From Ignavibacteriota bacterium (lineage in GTDB: Bacteria > Bacteroidota > Ignavibacteria > Ignavibacteriales > Melioribacteraceae): DNA of 64,000 nt. How positions within the stretch are numbered: position 1 is the first letter of the stretch; the number at the start of each line of letters is the position of its first letter. The stretch spans positions 1,657,726-1,721,725 of the forward strand of contig JADJWT010000001.1 of assembly GCA_016716225.1 (NCBI GenBank), read 5' to 3'. The notes beneath the pieces are model-generated. The model saw nothing but the letters and a program-made list of their open reading frames with translations. It was not told the origin of the DNA and searched no databases. Position numbers and translations under genes: made by a program. Positions 53,504 to 62,910 of the stretch are shown piece by piece.

Positions 53504-55000
53504 TTGAAAAAATTAGAATATCTTTTTGAGCTTGCAGAAATACTAAATAACCAAAACAATTTTGATGAAATGCTTCGTATTGTATCATCAAAAACATCAG
53601 CAATATTCAATTCTGATATTACTTCAATTTTAATGATTAATCCAAGTTCACAAGAAACGTATAAAACAGTCTATAAAAAAGAAATTAAAATTAAAAACGA
53701 ACAATATTCTATTCTACAATCAATAATAATCGGATGGGTAATTATTAATAAAAAACCAATTCTTGTTTCAGATATTAAAACTGATGTTCGGTTCAAAGAA
53801 AATTTGTTTAATTCATTTCCAATTAAATCAATAATTTGCTCACCACTAAATAATAATGATACAAAAATTGGGTATATAATTTTAATGAATAAGAATGACA
53901 AGGATTCGTTTGAAGAAAATGATTTAATGTATTTACAAAAAATTGCAATTATTTCTGCCCCGTTTATTAATAATGCTCAAAAAATTCAAGAATTTTTCAA
54001 TCTACCAGTAACACAAAATATTCTTGTAAACAAATATAAAAGTGTAGGATTATTGGGTAAAAGCAATTCATTTATTGAATTATTACAAGGTATTGAAGCT
54101 GCATCAAAATGCGATGTAAGAGTTGTAATTGAAGGAGAAACCGGAACTGGGAAAGAATTAATAGTAAGGGCAATTCATAATTTTAGTAACAGATCCGGAT
54201 TCCCTTTTATTGCGATTGATTGTGGGGCAATATCTAATAATTTAATAGAAAGTGAATTATTTGGTCATGTTAAGGGTGCATTTACTGGTGCAAATCAAGA
54301 TCATACAGGCCTAATAGTTCAAGCAAATAAAGGCACTTTATTTCTTGATGAAATCTGTAATCTTTCTTATGAAATGCAGGCAAAATTATTAAGGGTTTTA
54401 CAAGAAGGTGAAGTTCGTCCGGTGGGAAGTATAAAAGTAATAAAAGTTGATGTAAGATTTATTGCAGCAACAAGCGTTCCTTTACACACTTTGGTAGTAA
54501 ATAAGCAATTTCGTGAGGATTTATTTTTTAGACTCATGGTTTATCCAATAAAGGTCCCTTCATTAAATGAAAGAAAAACAGATATTCCAATTATCGCTAA
54601 TTTCTTTTTACTAAAATTTTCGAAAGAACAAAATAAGAAAGCGGAATTTTTTCACAAAAAAATTCTTGATTATATTAAGAATAAAAATTGGAGCGGAAAT
54701 ATAAGAGAATTAGAAAATTTTGTTGAACATATTGTAACAATCGTTCCTTTTAATATCGAAGTAATTGAAATAGAATACCTTTCTCCAAAAATACAGGAAG
54801 ATATTCGTACATATACTGAATCTACTAATAACAGAAAAATAATTTCATTAACTGTAGAATTAGAAAATTACGAAAAAAAAATAATCAAAAAGTCCCTCGA
54901 AGAAAATGAATGGAATCAATCACAAACAGCTAGATCACTTGATATTCCTGAACAAACACTGCGATACAAAATGCGAAAATTGAATATAGAAAAACTATAG
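53504..55000 (+). CDS. sigma-54-dependent transcriptional activator (GAF-like sensor, AAA+ domain, Fis-type HTH)
   Basis: Walker A is GETGTGKE and the GAFTGA loop is present (KGAFTGA). Also contains ESELFGH, and the C-terminal HTH is NQSQTARSLDIPEQTLRYKMRKLNI. The start is TTG. Confidence 0.9.
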   Translation: MKKLEYLFELAEILNNQNNFDEMLRIVSSKTSAIFNSDITSILMINPSSQETYKTVYKKEIKIKNEQYSILQSIIIGWVIINKKPILVSDIKTDVRFKENLFNSFPIKSIICSPLNNNDTKIGYIILMNKNDKDSFEENDLMYLQKIAIISAPFINNAQKIQEFFNLPVTQNILVNKYKSVGLLGKSNSFIELLQGIEAASKCDVRVVIEGETGTGKELIVRAIHNFSNRSGFPFIAIDCGAISNNLIESELFGHVKGAFTGANQDHTGLIVQANKGTLFLDEICNLSYEMQAKLLRVLQEGEVRPVGSIKVIKVDVRFIAATSVPLHTLVVNKQFREDLFFRLMVYPIKVPSLNERKTDIPIIANFFLLKFSKEQNKKAEFFHKKILDYIKNKNWSGNIRELENFVEHIVTIVPFNIEVIEIEYLSPKIQEDIRTYTESTNNRKIISLTVELENYEKKIIKKSLEENEWNQSQTARSLDIPEQTLRYKMRKLNIEKL

Positions 55001-55016
55001 AAATTTTATTATTTAA

Positions 55017-55044
55017 TGCTCGCATAAAAATGCGAGCAATTTTC
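55017..55044 (+). terminator. rho-independent terminator
   Basis: The stem pairs TGCTCGCA (55017-55024) with TGCGAGCA (55031-55038) around the loop TAAAAA, followed by ATTTT. Confidence 0.6.
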
Positions 55045-55278
55045 CGACAATTATTTTTTAAACATTAAAAGATTCTTCAAATTCACAATTTAACAAATAA
55101 CACACATCTTTATCCTCGCAAACTTCTGCTAAAAAATATATCCACTCCTAAATAACATTAAAATTCTTAAAAGGTAACTCATTTAATTACAATAGATTAT
55201 GGAGATTAACATACCAGATTTATTATGGTACGTTTTTAGACTTTTATTATTTATCAAACAAAAAACTTGGAGATAATA

Positions 55279-55758
55279 ATGAAAACATCAATTAAAAAAA
55301 TTGCATTTCTGGTTGTAACTTTCTTATTGGTAACTAAAATATTTTCATCTGGGCAAGTCAAAACAGACTCACTTGTAAGGTACAAGACTATTGAAAAAAA
55401 TCTATTAGTTGGACTAAAATCAGATAATCAAGGGCTTCAGTTTAGTTGTGCCTATTATTTGGGTGAAATCAAATCAAAGAAAGCAGTTATTCCATTAATG
55501 AAAATTCTACATTCATCAAAAGTTGATGGAATGAGAATAATTGCCGCATTATCACTTTACAAAATAAACTCTGAACAAGGAATGTTTGCAGTAAAACAAG
55601 CTGCTAAATTTGATAATTGTGAAAGAGTTCAACGAATGTGCAGAAATTTTTATTTCAAACATTTATTAGATGAAAAAGGTGTTGTTGAAGTTGAAGAAAT
55701 TCAAATTGCAGAAATGAAAGCCCTTAAAGATTACAAATTAGCAGATTTTGAAAAGTAA
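55279..55758 (+). CDS. secreted HEAT-like repeat protein
   Basis: A signal peptide follows the ATG at 55279, which has a GGAG RBS. The repeats LQFSCAYYLGEIKSKKAVIPLMKIL and MRIIAALSLYKINSEQGMFAV resemble PBS-lyase HEAT-like repeats. Confidence 0.55.
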   Translation: MKTSIKKIAFLVVTFLLVTKIFSSGQVKTDSLVRYKTIEKNLLVGLKSDNQGLQFSCAYYLGEIKSKKAVIPLMKILHSSKVDGMRIIAALSLYKINSEQGMFAVKQAAKFDNCERVQRMCRNFYFKHLLDEKGVVEVEEIQIAEMKALKDYKLADFEK

Positions 55759-56027
55759 ATAGAAAAATAAAACAGCTTCTCTCAGTATTTGGGAGAAGTT
55801 GCAATTAATATATTGATGAAAAAATAAGTGAAAAATTTAATTAAAAGATTTAGCTCAAATTTTAATATGGGTTTAATAAACGATTTCATCAAAGAATGCT
55901 GTAAATGAAATTAAATTATGGTTTTAGTATAACTTCAATAAAGATCAAAACAAAATTTTAAAATATGCAGAAGAAGTATATGAAATAAAATGCAGTAGCA
56001 AAGAAGCATTCTCAGAAAGGTGATAAT

Positions 56028-57242
56028 ATGAAAATATTATATTTTCTACTTTTGATCAACTTTCAAATTTTTATTTCAGTCCATTATTCAAGAAGCAACA
56101 TTAATAATTCTACTATAAATTCTATAAAATTGTATGACTATTTAATTATTGCTGACGATAAATTTTTTTACGACATAAACAGATTTGCAGATTGGAAAAC
56201 AAGAAAGGGAATTACAACTAAAGTTGTAAAACTCAGTTCTATTGGAAAAGAATGGAAAGAAATAAAAAATTTTGTGAAACATGAATACGAAAAAAATAAT
56301 ATTAAATTTATTTTGCTTGTTGGAGATGTTGAAAATATTCCTTTAGTTTATCCACATACAAATTACTCAAGCGATATTAGATATGGAGACTTGGATGGAA
56401 ATGTTTTCAACATAGAAGTACCTGTCGGTAGAATAATTCCAAGCAAAAAAATTTTGTGTTATCAAATATTTGAAGATGTAAACTACGCTATTGATAAATT
56501 AATAAATTATGAAATACAATTACCAGCAGATGATATAATAAACAATGTACTTCTAATTTCTCACCAAAATAAAATTTATAATTCATGTTCAAATTCAATT
56601 TTTAATAAGGAATATATAAATCAGCCTAAATTTATTAAAGTATTTGGCGCAGAATCTGGGTGCAATGAAGATATTAATACTTTCTTAAGTTCTGGTGTAA
56701 ATATAGTTAATTATCGCGGTCATGCTGGCGCAACTGGATGGGATTCATGGAGCAATATCGGAGAAAGCTTTTCTGGATCAGAACTTAACAAAATAAGCTA
56801 TCAACCATGGAATCCAATTGTTTTTTCAATAGCTTGTTTTACTGCAGATCTTGAAATGGAAGATTTAACGATTGCCGAAGAATTTGTTATGAATAAGTAT
56901 GGAGCAGTTGCATTTCTTGGGGCTACGGGTGCTACAGAAAATACTATGAATAATATATTCAATAAAAAGTTGTTTAGCTCAATATGTAACCAAAATATTT
57001 TTTTACTCGGAAATATTATAAAAAATTCAATGAATGATTATTCGTTGGAAAGTTGTTTCGACAGATATAAATATTTACTTATTGGAGATCCAACTTTAGA
57101 AATTTGGACAAACAAATCACAGAAATTTACAAATGTGAAACTTATTGATAATAAAAATAATGTAATTATAAAAACAAGTATTGATAGTTGTAAAGTTTGT
57201 GTTTCAAGCACAATGTCTGGAAGGAATTTTACAAAGTTATAA
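56028..57242 (+). CDS. peptidase C25 (gingipain-like) catalytic-domain fragment with N-terminal signal sequence
   Basis: Contains FILLVGDVENIP, the His context NYRGHAGATGW and the Cys context VFSIACFTADL. The ORF ends abruptly and overlaps the next ORF in another frame. Confidence 0.7.
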   Translation: MKILYFLLLINFQIFISVHYSRSNINNSTINSIKLYDYLIIADDKFFYDINRFADWKTRKGITTKVVKLSSIGKEWKEIKNFVKHEYEKNNIKFILLVGDVENIPLVYPHTNYSSDIRYGDLDGNVFNIEVPVGRIIPSKKILCYQIFEDVNYAIDKLINYEIQLPADDIINNVLLISHQNKIYNSCSNSIFNKEYINQPKFIKVFGAESGCNEDINTFLSSGVNIVNYRGHAGATGWDSWSNIGESFSGSELNKISYQPWNPIVFSIACFTADLEMEDLTIAEEFVMNKYGAVAFLGATGATENTMNNIFNKKLFSSICNQNIFLLGNIIKNSMNDYSLESCFDRYKYLLIGDPTLEIWTNKSQKFTNVKLIDNKNNVIIKTSIDSCKVCVSSTMSGRNFTKL

Positions 57243-57904
57243 CTGGTAATCCTCCATTCGAAATTAATACATCAGTAAGACCATTATATATTACTCTTAC
57301 AAAGCATAATTATGTTCCATTTACTTTAATAACTGGTGGAAAAATCATATCTAATGAAAATTGGATTGGGAATTTAATGATTCAAGGAGATTTGATAATA
57401 TCTAAAAATACTAAAATAAATATAAGTAATGGATCACCAGTTATTGAAGGCTCATTAACTATTGAGGATGGGGTAAAATTAAATTTCGATAAGGATTTAC
57501 AATTAATAGTGAAAGGAAATCTAATTGCTTCCGGAATTAATTCAAATGTAATATCATTTAAAAGTATTAATGAAAAAAATAAATGGGGAGGTATCGTATT
57601 TGATCCTCTTGCAAACGGAATATTAGAAAATTGTGAAATTCAAAACGCAATAACTGGAATAAATTGTAAAAAAACTCTGCCCAAAATATGTAATAATAGT
57701 TTATATAAAAATAATACAGCAATTAATGTTTTTGATATAAACAATTTGGATAATTCAATCAGTTGCAACAATATTTTTGCAAATAAACAAAAAGGAATTT
57801 ATGTAAATAACTCTTTTATAAAAATTGAAAGAAATAACATTTATGAAAATGATGTTGGTATTGATTGTTTTCACTCAAATGTTTTTTATATAAAAATTTA
57901 TTAA
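57197..57904 (+). CDS. right-handed beta-helix repeat fragment (probable continuation of the C25 gene in a shifted frame)
   Basis: It has neither a signal peptide nor an RBS. It begins with PLYITLTKHNYVPF and continues with repeated N-x-I/N-x-G-I-x-C beta-helix-like units. It overlaps both neighbours. Confidence 0.5.
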   Translation: MCFKHNVWKEFYKVITGNPPFEINTSVRPLYITLTKHNYVPFTLITGGKIISNENWIGNLMIQGDLIISKNTKINISNGSPVIEGSLTIEDGVKLNFDKDLQLIVKGNLIASGINSNVISFKSINEKNKWGGIVFDPLANGILENCEIQNAITGINCKKTLPKICNNSLYKNNTAINVFDINNLDNSISCNNIFANKQKGIYVNNSFIKIERNNIYENDVGIDCFHSNVFYIKIY

Positions 57905-59115
57905 AGAAAAATTCAACTTACGGTTTGAAGAGTTCATATTATAGCAGTATTTATATGCTTAGTAGTAATTTTTTATCTAGTTATTCTAAAACGGGTGAAA
58001 ACATTTTCATTAATAATAACTGTGAAATTATGTCTGAATACTATTGTAATTTATACTTCGGAACGATGAAATATGTTGGGCTAAATACGTTTTCAAATGA
58101 GATTAATAATTGTGAAATAAATGCAAATTATAATTGTTTTATAAAAGCAGAATTGAACAATTGGGGAACGAATCCTAAATTTAACATCTTCAATTCCTAT
58201 TTTGATAATCTTCCTATTTGGGATGGTTTTTCAAATAATCAAAATATTACAACCAATGATGAGAATAATTTCAATTTAATATGTAACAAAAACTCAAATC
58301 TTGAAAAAGCACTAAAATATCAACAAGATGGATTTTACAACGATGCTATTTTGTTATATCAGAATTATATTAAAAAAAATATAACCAGCCCACTAGCAGC
58401 AAATGTATTAACTAGAATAAAAGATTGTTTTACACTTTCAGATAAATCTGGATTTGGAGAATTATTAAAAGAAATAACTGAATTGAATTCAGAAGAAAAT
58501 ATTGATCTTGATATAGTTTGTACTGAATTGCAAAATCAGTGCTCACTAATCGAGAAAAATTATAATAAAGTAATTCGAAATATTGAATATCTAATTGAAA
58601 AATATGATTCAAATTTAATAGTGAAAAAATATTCATTATTTAATTTAGCTCTCATCTATTTTGTTTCTTTAGGTGATACTTCTAGAGCAAAAGAAACTCT
58701 TAGACTATTAGAATTAATATTTCCATTAGATGAATTGGTGCTAGATTTAAAATATTTATTTGGCAATACTGAAATTGTAAACCTGAAAAATGACTCTTTT
58801 CTTAACAGTTATAAAGATTCAGCAGTTAATAACCTAAACTATTGTTTATATCAAAACTATCCCAATCCATTTAATCCAAAAACAAGAATAAAATATTCTA
58901 TTCACAATAGATATAATAAATTTTATACAAGTAATGTTAATCTAAAAATATACGATGTAATTGGTCGCGAAATAATCGAGTTGGTAAATGAAAAACAAAA
59001 AGGGGGAATTTATGAAATTGAATTTGATGCAACAAAATTCTCAAGTGGTGTTTACATAATAAAACTATCCATCGATGACTTTATTGATACAAAAAAAGCC
59101 ATATTACTTAAATAA
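57865..59115 (+). CDS. C-terminal fragment with TPR-like region and T9SS C-terminal sorting domain
   Basis: The C-terminus LYQNYPNPFNPKTRIKYSI...VNLKIYDVIGREI...GIYEIEFDATKFSSGVYIIKL is the typical Por/T9SS secretion-tail pattern. There is no signal peptide. Confidence 0.6.
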   Translation: MFSLKCFLYKNLLKKNSTYGLKSSYYSSIYMLSSNFLSSYSKTGENIFINNNCEIMSEYYCNLYFGTMKYVGLNTFSNEINNCEINANYNCFIKAELNNWGTNPKFNIFNSYFDNLPIWDGFSNNQNITTNDENNFNLICNKNSNLEKALKYQQDGFYNDAILLYQNYIKKNITSPLAANVLTRIKDCFTLSDKSGFGELLKEITELNSEENIDLDIVCTELQNQCSLIEKNYNKVIRNIEYLIEKYDSNLIVKKYSLFNLALIYFVSLGDTSRAKETLRLLELIFPLDELVLDLKYLFGNTEIVNLKNDSFLNSYKDSAVNNLNYCLYQNYPNPFNPKTRIKYSIHNRYNKFYTSNVNLKIYDVIGREIIELVNEKQKGGIYEIEFDATKFSSGVYIIKLSIDDFIDTKKAILLK

Positions 59116-59139
59116 TTATTTTATATGGAACGAATTGAT

Positions 59140-61158
59140 TTAATCAATTCCAAACAATCTTAATCCATTTACCGTAATAAAAGTTGCAAAATATGCAAAA
59201 CCGGAAAAAATTAATATTTGAAATAACGGTATTCGCCAATGTCCGCTTTCCTTTTTTGCAACGGCTATTGTTGATAAACACTGCATTGCAAATACAAAAA
59301 ATATTATTAAACCGAGTGCGGTTGATGGTGTAAAAAGATTTTTATCGGTTCCATTAATTTTAGCGTGTCTCATTGCATTTAAAATTGAATCTCTTAAAGT
59401 TTCTTCATCACCGGAAACTCTGAAAATTAATGCCAAAGAGCTCACAAAAACTTCTCTCGCAACAAATGCAGAAATTAATGAAACTCCAATTCTCCAATCC
59501 ATACCTATTGGAATCATAACAGGTTCTATAATTTTTCCGATTTGTGCGGCATAAGATGTTGAAATTCTTTCCATTTGAATTGCATCAACAATTTCTGTTT
59601 CCGTTAAATTATTTGTGTCAATTTGTGGATTTGTATTCGGGAAATACGTTAAAACCCAAAGAACTATAGAAAAAACAATAATTACCGGTCCGGCTTCCTT
59701 TAAATACTGTCTTGTACTTGATAATGTATTTAGTACAACGGATTTCAGTTTGGGAATTTTATAAGATGGCAATTCCAAAATGAATGATGAATTATCTTCT
59801 TCGCGAATAATGGTTCTACTAAATTTGTTAATAATTCCCGCAATAACTACGGAACTGATAATACTGAATAAATAAATAAATGAAAAAATAAATCCGCCAA
59901 TTAAAAAATTTTCTTTAGGAATTAAAAATGCAATCAGTAAAGCATAAACAGGTAGACGTGCACTGCAACTCATTAATGGAATTATGAAAATTGTTAGTAG
60001 TCTTTCTTTTCTATTTGAAATAGTTCTTGCTGCAAGCATTGCCGGTATAGCACACGCAAATCCTGAAAGCATTGGCACAAATGATCTTCCGTTCAATCCA
60101 ATTTTTGAAAGAGGTTTATCAATTAACATTGCACCACGGGCTAAATATCCAGTATCTTCAAGAAATCCAAGAATAATAAACAAAATTACAATTTGAGGAA
60201 CAAAAATAATTACAGCACCAACGCTGCTGATAATACCGTCTGCAATTAAATCTCCGTACCAATTATTGCCTAAATAATTTGAAGCAGTATTTGCCATAAC
60301 TGCAAAAAATTCATCTATCAATTCCATTAAAGGAAGCGCAAGCCAGAATATTGATGTAAATATTGTTCCGGTTATTAAAAGAAAAAATATTATTCCCCAA
60401 AATTTGTGCAATAAAATTCTATCAAGTTTTAAAGTAAAACTATCCGGCTTATTTATAAAATTTTGCGATAATTTATTTAACTGTTCATTAGCATTTTTAA
60501 GATTTTTTTCAGCTGCGATTTCAGAAACTACTTCATTTTCAATTTGTTCAATTTCTTTGTAGAATCTAATAATTCTTTCGGCATGTGCACTTGGAATTAG
60601 TTTTGTTAAATTATTTTTAGTGTTATCTGAAATTGATAAAATTTGTCTAATTGTTACTGCTAAATTTTCAACTCCTTTTCCGGTTCTTCCATCAATTTTT
60701 ACAACTTTGCACCCAATTTTTTCTTCTAATTTTGTTGGAGAAATTGTAAAACCTTTTTTATGTAAAATATCCGTCATTGTTAATGCGATTATTACATTAA
60801 AGTTTGATTCCAAAAGCTGCTTAACTAATAATAAATGACGTGAAACTTGACTAGAATCAACCGTAACAATTACAATATTTGGAACTCCAAATTTTGGATG
60901 TTCGTACAAGGAATTTACGGTAATTTCTTCATCTGGAGAATTTGGAATTAGGCTGATAATTCCCGGAGAATCTAACAAATTAGCATCAATTTCAAACTTG
61001 GATAAAAATTCGGTTGAATTATACTCAATTGTTGAGCCAGGATAATTAACTGTTTTGAAATTTTTTCCGCTCAAAAAATTAAACAAAGTTGTTTTCCCGG
61101 AATTCGGGGGGCCAACTAAAGTAATTAAATTTTTGTTTTCAGTTAAGATTTCTTTCAT
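59140..61158 (-). CDS. feoB: ferrous iron transporter FeoB
   Basis: The N-terminal G-domain contains LVGPPNSGKTTLFN and DSPG, followed by a polytopic membrane domain. Length is 672 aa. Confidence 0.93.
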   Translation of the reverse strand: MKEILTENKNLITLVGPPNSGKTTLFNFLSGKNFKTVNYPGSTIEYNSTEFLSKFEIDANLLDSPGIISLIPNSPDEEITVNSLYEHPKFGVPNIVIVTVDSSQVSRHLLLVKQLLESNFNVIIALTMTDILHKKGFTISPTKLEEKIGCKVVKIDGRTGKGVENLAVTIRQILSISDNTKNNLTKLIPSAHAERIIRFYKEIEQIENEVVSEIAAEKNLKNANEQLNKLSQNFINKPDSFTLKLDRILLHKFWGIIFFLLITGTIFTSIFWLALPLMELIDEFFAVMANTASNYLGNNWYGDLIADGIISSVGAVIIFVPQIVILFIILGFLEDTGYLARGAMLIDKPLSKIGLNGRSFVPMLSGFACAIPAMLAARTISNRKERLLTIFIIPLMSCSARLPVYALLIAFLIPKENFLIGGFIFSFIYLFSIISSVVIAGIINKFSRTIIREEDNSSFILELPSYKIPKLKSVVLNTLSSTRQYLKEAGPVIIVFSIVLWVLTYFPNTNPQIDTNNLTETEIVDAIQMERISTSYAAQIGKIIEPVMIPIGMDWRIGVSLISAFVAREVFVSSLALIFRVSGDEETLRDSILNAMRHAKINGTDKNLFTPSTALGLIIFFVFAMQCLSTIAVAKKESGHWRIPLFQILIFSGFAYFATFITVNGLRLFGID

Positions 61159-61376
61159 GATAAAATGATAGATTCCGCTTCATGTTTTCTTATTGCAATC
61201 ATTGTTCCGCGAAGTGAAAATGCAAGGGGATCATTAAAAATTGAGGAACTTAATAATTCTATTTCTTGTCCAGGTGTAAATCCAATTTCTATTATTCTTC
61301 TAAAGGACGGATGATTTTCATCAATGTAATTTATAATTGCTTTTTCGCCAAATTTTAATTTTGCAGCAGTTTTCAT
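61155..61376 (-). CDS. feoA: ferrous iron transport protein FeoA
   Basis: A 73-aa SH3-like protein (GFTPGQEIELL...GTMIAIRKHEAESI) that overlaps the feoB start. Confidence 0.85.
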   Translation of the reverse strand: MKTAAKLKFGEKAIINYIDENHPSFRRIIEIGFTPGQEIELLSSSIFNDPLAFSLRGTMIAIRKHEAESIILS

Positions 61377-61542
61377 TAATCGTAATTGTTAAACAACAAA
61401 TATTATTTAGATTGAATCTACATAAACATAATCAAATAATTTTTACGGAGCAAGTTTGAATAAATTATTCACCCAAATGCTTTATATACTAAATTAAGAG
61501 TTGACTATCTTTTTAATAATTATTAAGTTAACTTATAAATAA

Positions 61543-62898
61543 ATGGTGGTGAAAATGAGAAAACCAAAGTTGTTCTGCATTTTACATTTTTGCTTTTCTG
61601 TTATAATTTATTCTCAAACAAGTACAAAACACGGTGAATTAAAATATGAAGATTTTAAAACGCCGGAGTTCTGCGGAGCTGCTTGTCATTCTGATTTTTA
61701 TCAGCAATGGAAACAATCAATGATGTCAAAATCGTATACGCATCATTGGGATGAGATTGAATATTTTAAACTTGCTGTTCCTCATGCTGAGAAAGATGAA
61801 AAAGTTGCAGAAGTAAAAGATGGATGTAACGGATGCCATGCACCAATTTCATATGTTGCTGGAGATACGCCTCCGCCAAAACCGGAATTTAATTCAAGAG
61901 CCAACGAAGGAGTCTCTTGCGAAGTTTGTCATAGTATTTCCGGATTTGAAGGGGACACTCCTTATAATTTTAATTATATAATGAAACCCGGAAAAACAAA
62001 ATTTAGCGGTAGAGGAAATGGAATACAATCTCCGGCACATGAAATTTCGGTTACAGATTTGCATCGTTCCGGTGATTTTTGCGGCATTTGTCATAATGAA
62101 AAAAGCCCCTATGGAATTTGGGTTAAATCAACACACTTGGAATGGAAAGAAGGACCTTATTCAAAAGAGGGAGTTCAATGTCAAGATTGTCATATGCCAA
62201 AAGGAGAATCAATAATTGGAGCAATGGGAAATAAATATCCAGACTCTCGCCAACATTTATTTCATGGGGCTCACGATCCGGGAAAAGTAAAAGGAACAAT
62301 TGAGTTGAGAATTCATCCGGATATTGAAGAAGCTGAACCCGGTGAAACTGTAAAATTTACAGTTGTTTTGTTTAATCAAAAAACCGGACATAAATTCCCA
62401 ACCGGTTCTGTTGAAGATAGAATTGTTTGGCTTCAAGTTGAGGCATTTGACGAAACCGGAAAAACATATCATATACCTGTTGATAAAAAAGGTTTTGATG
62501 GAGAAGAATATACAATTTCATCCGATGTAAATGCTTATCAAGATATGGGAATTGCGCTTGCAAACCCTAATTTTGAAGGGGTTAAACGCGATGATATACA
62601 AATTGGAAATAGAATTTTTAGAATGCCGTATTTCGATCCTCAAAATAGAATGACGATTCAGCAATGGAATACAGCATCTCTTGGAGTTGATTACAGAATT
62701 GGTCCACGAGAAACAAAAATCGAAACTTTTACATTTAACATTCCGGATAATATTTCTGAAGGCAAATTAAAAATTAACGCAAAATTGTATTATCAAAAAT
62801 TAATTTCTTCCGTTGGTAAATTACTTAATGTTCCCTCTGAAGAATACGAACCGTTATTAGTAAATGAGCATTTTACAACTATAAATATTATTGATTAA
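61543..62898 (+). CDS. secreted multihaem c-type cytochrome
   Basis: It has a signal peptide. There are four CxxCH motifs (CNGCH, CEVCH, CGICH, CQDCH) plus one CxxxCH (CGAACH). The start may be the ATG at 61555. Confidence 0.85.
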   Translation: MVVKMRKPKLFCILHFCFSVIIYSQTSTKHGELKYEDFKTPEFCGAACHSDFYQQWKQSMMSKSYTHHWDEIEYFKLAVPHAEKDEKVAEVKDGCNGCHAPISYVAGDTPPPKPEFNSRANEGVSCEVCHSISGFEGDTPYNFNYIMKPGKTKFSGRGNGIQSPAHEISVTDLHRSGDFCGICHNEKSPYGIWVKSTHLEWKEGPYSKEGVQCQDCHMPKGESIIGAMGNKYPDSRQHLFHGAHDPGKVKGTIELRIHPDIEEAEPGETVKFTVVLFNQKTGHKFPTGSVEDRIVWLQVEAFDETGKTYHIPVDKKGFDGEEYTISSDVNAYQDMGIALANPNFEGVKRDDIQIGNRIFRMPYFDPQNRMTIQQWNTASLGVDYRIGPRETKIETFTFNIPDNISEGKLKINAKLYYQKLISSVGKLLNVPSEEYEPLLVNEHFTTINIID

Positions 62899-62910
62899 GG
62901 AGTTTATAAA

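Noticed and set aside
61513-61526. Perfect 14-bp palindrome TTAATAATTATTAA considered as a definite Fur box.
   Set aside because: AT-only palindromes of this size are expected by chance in DNA this AT-rich, and similarity to the Fur consensus is only compositional. I kept it as a possibility inside the feo/cytochrome finding.
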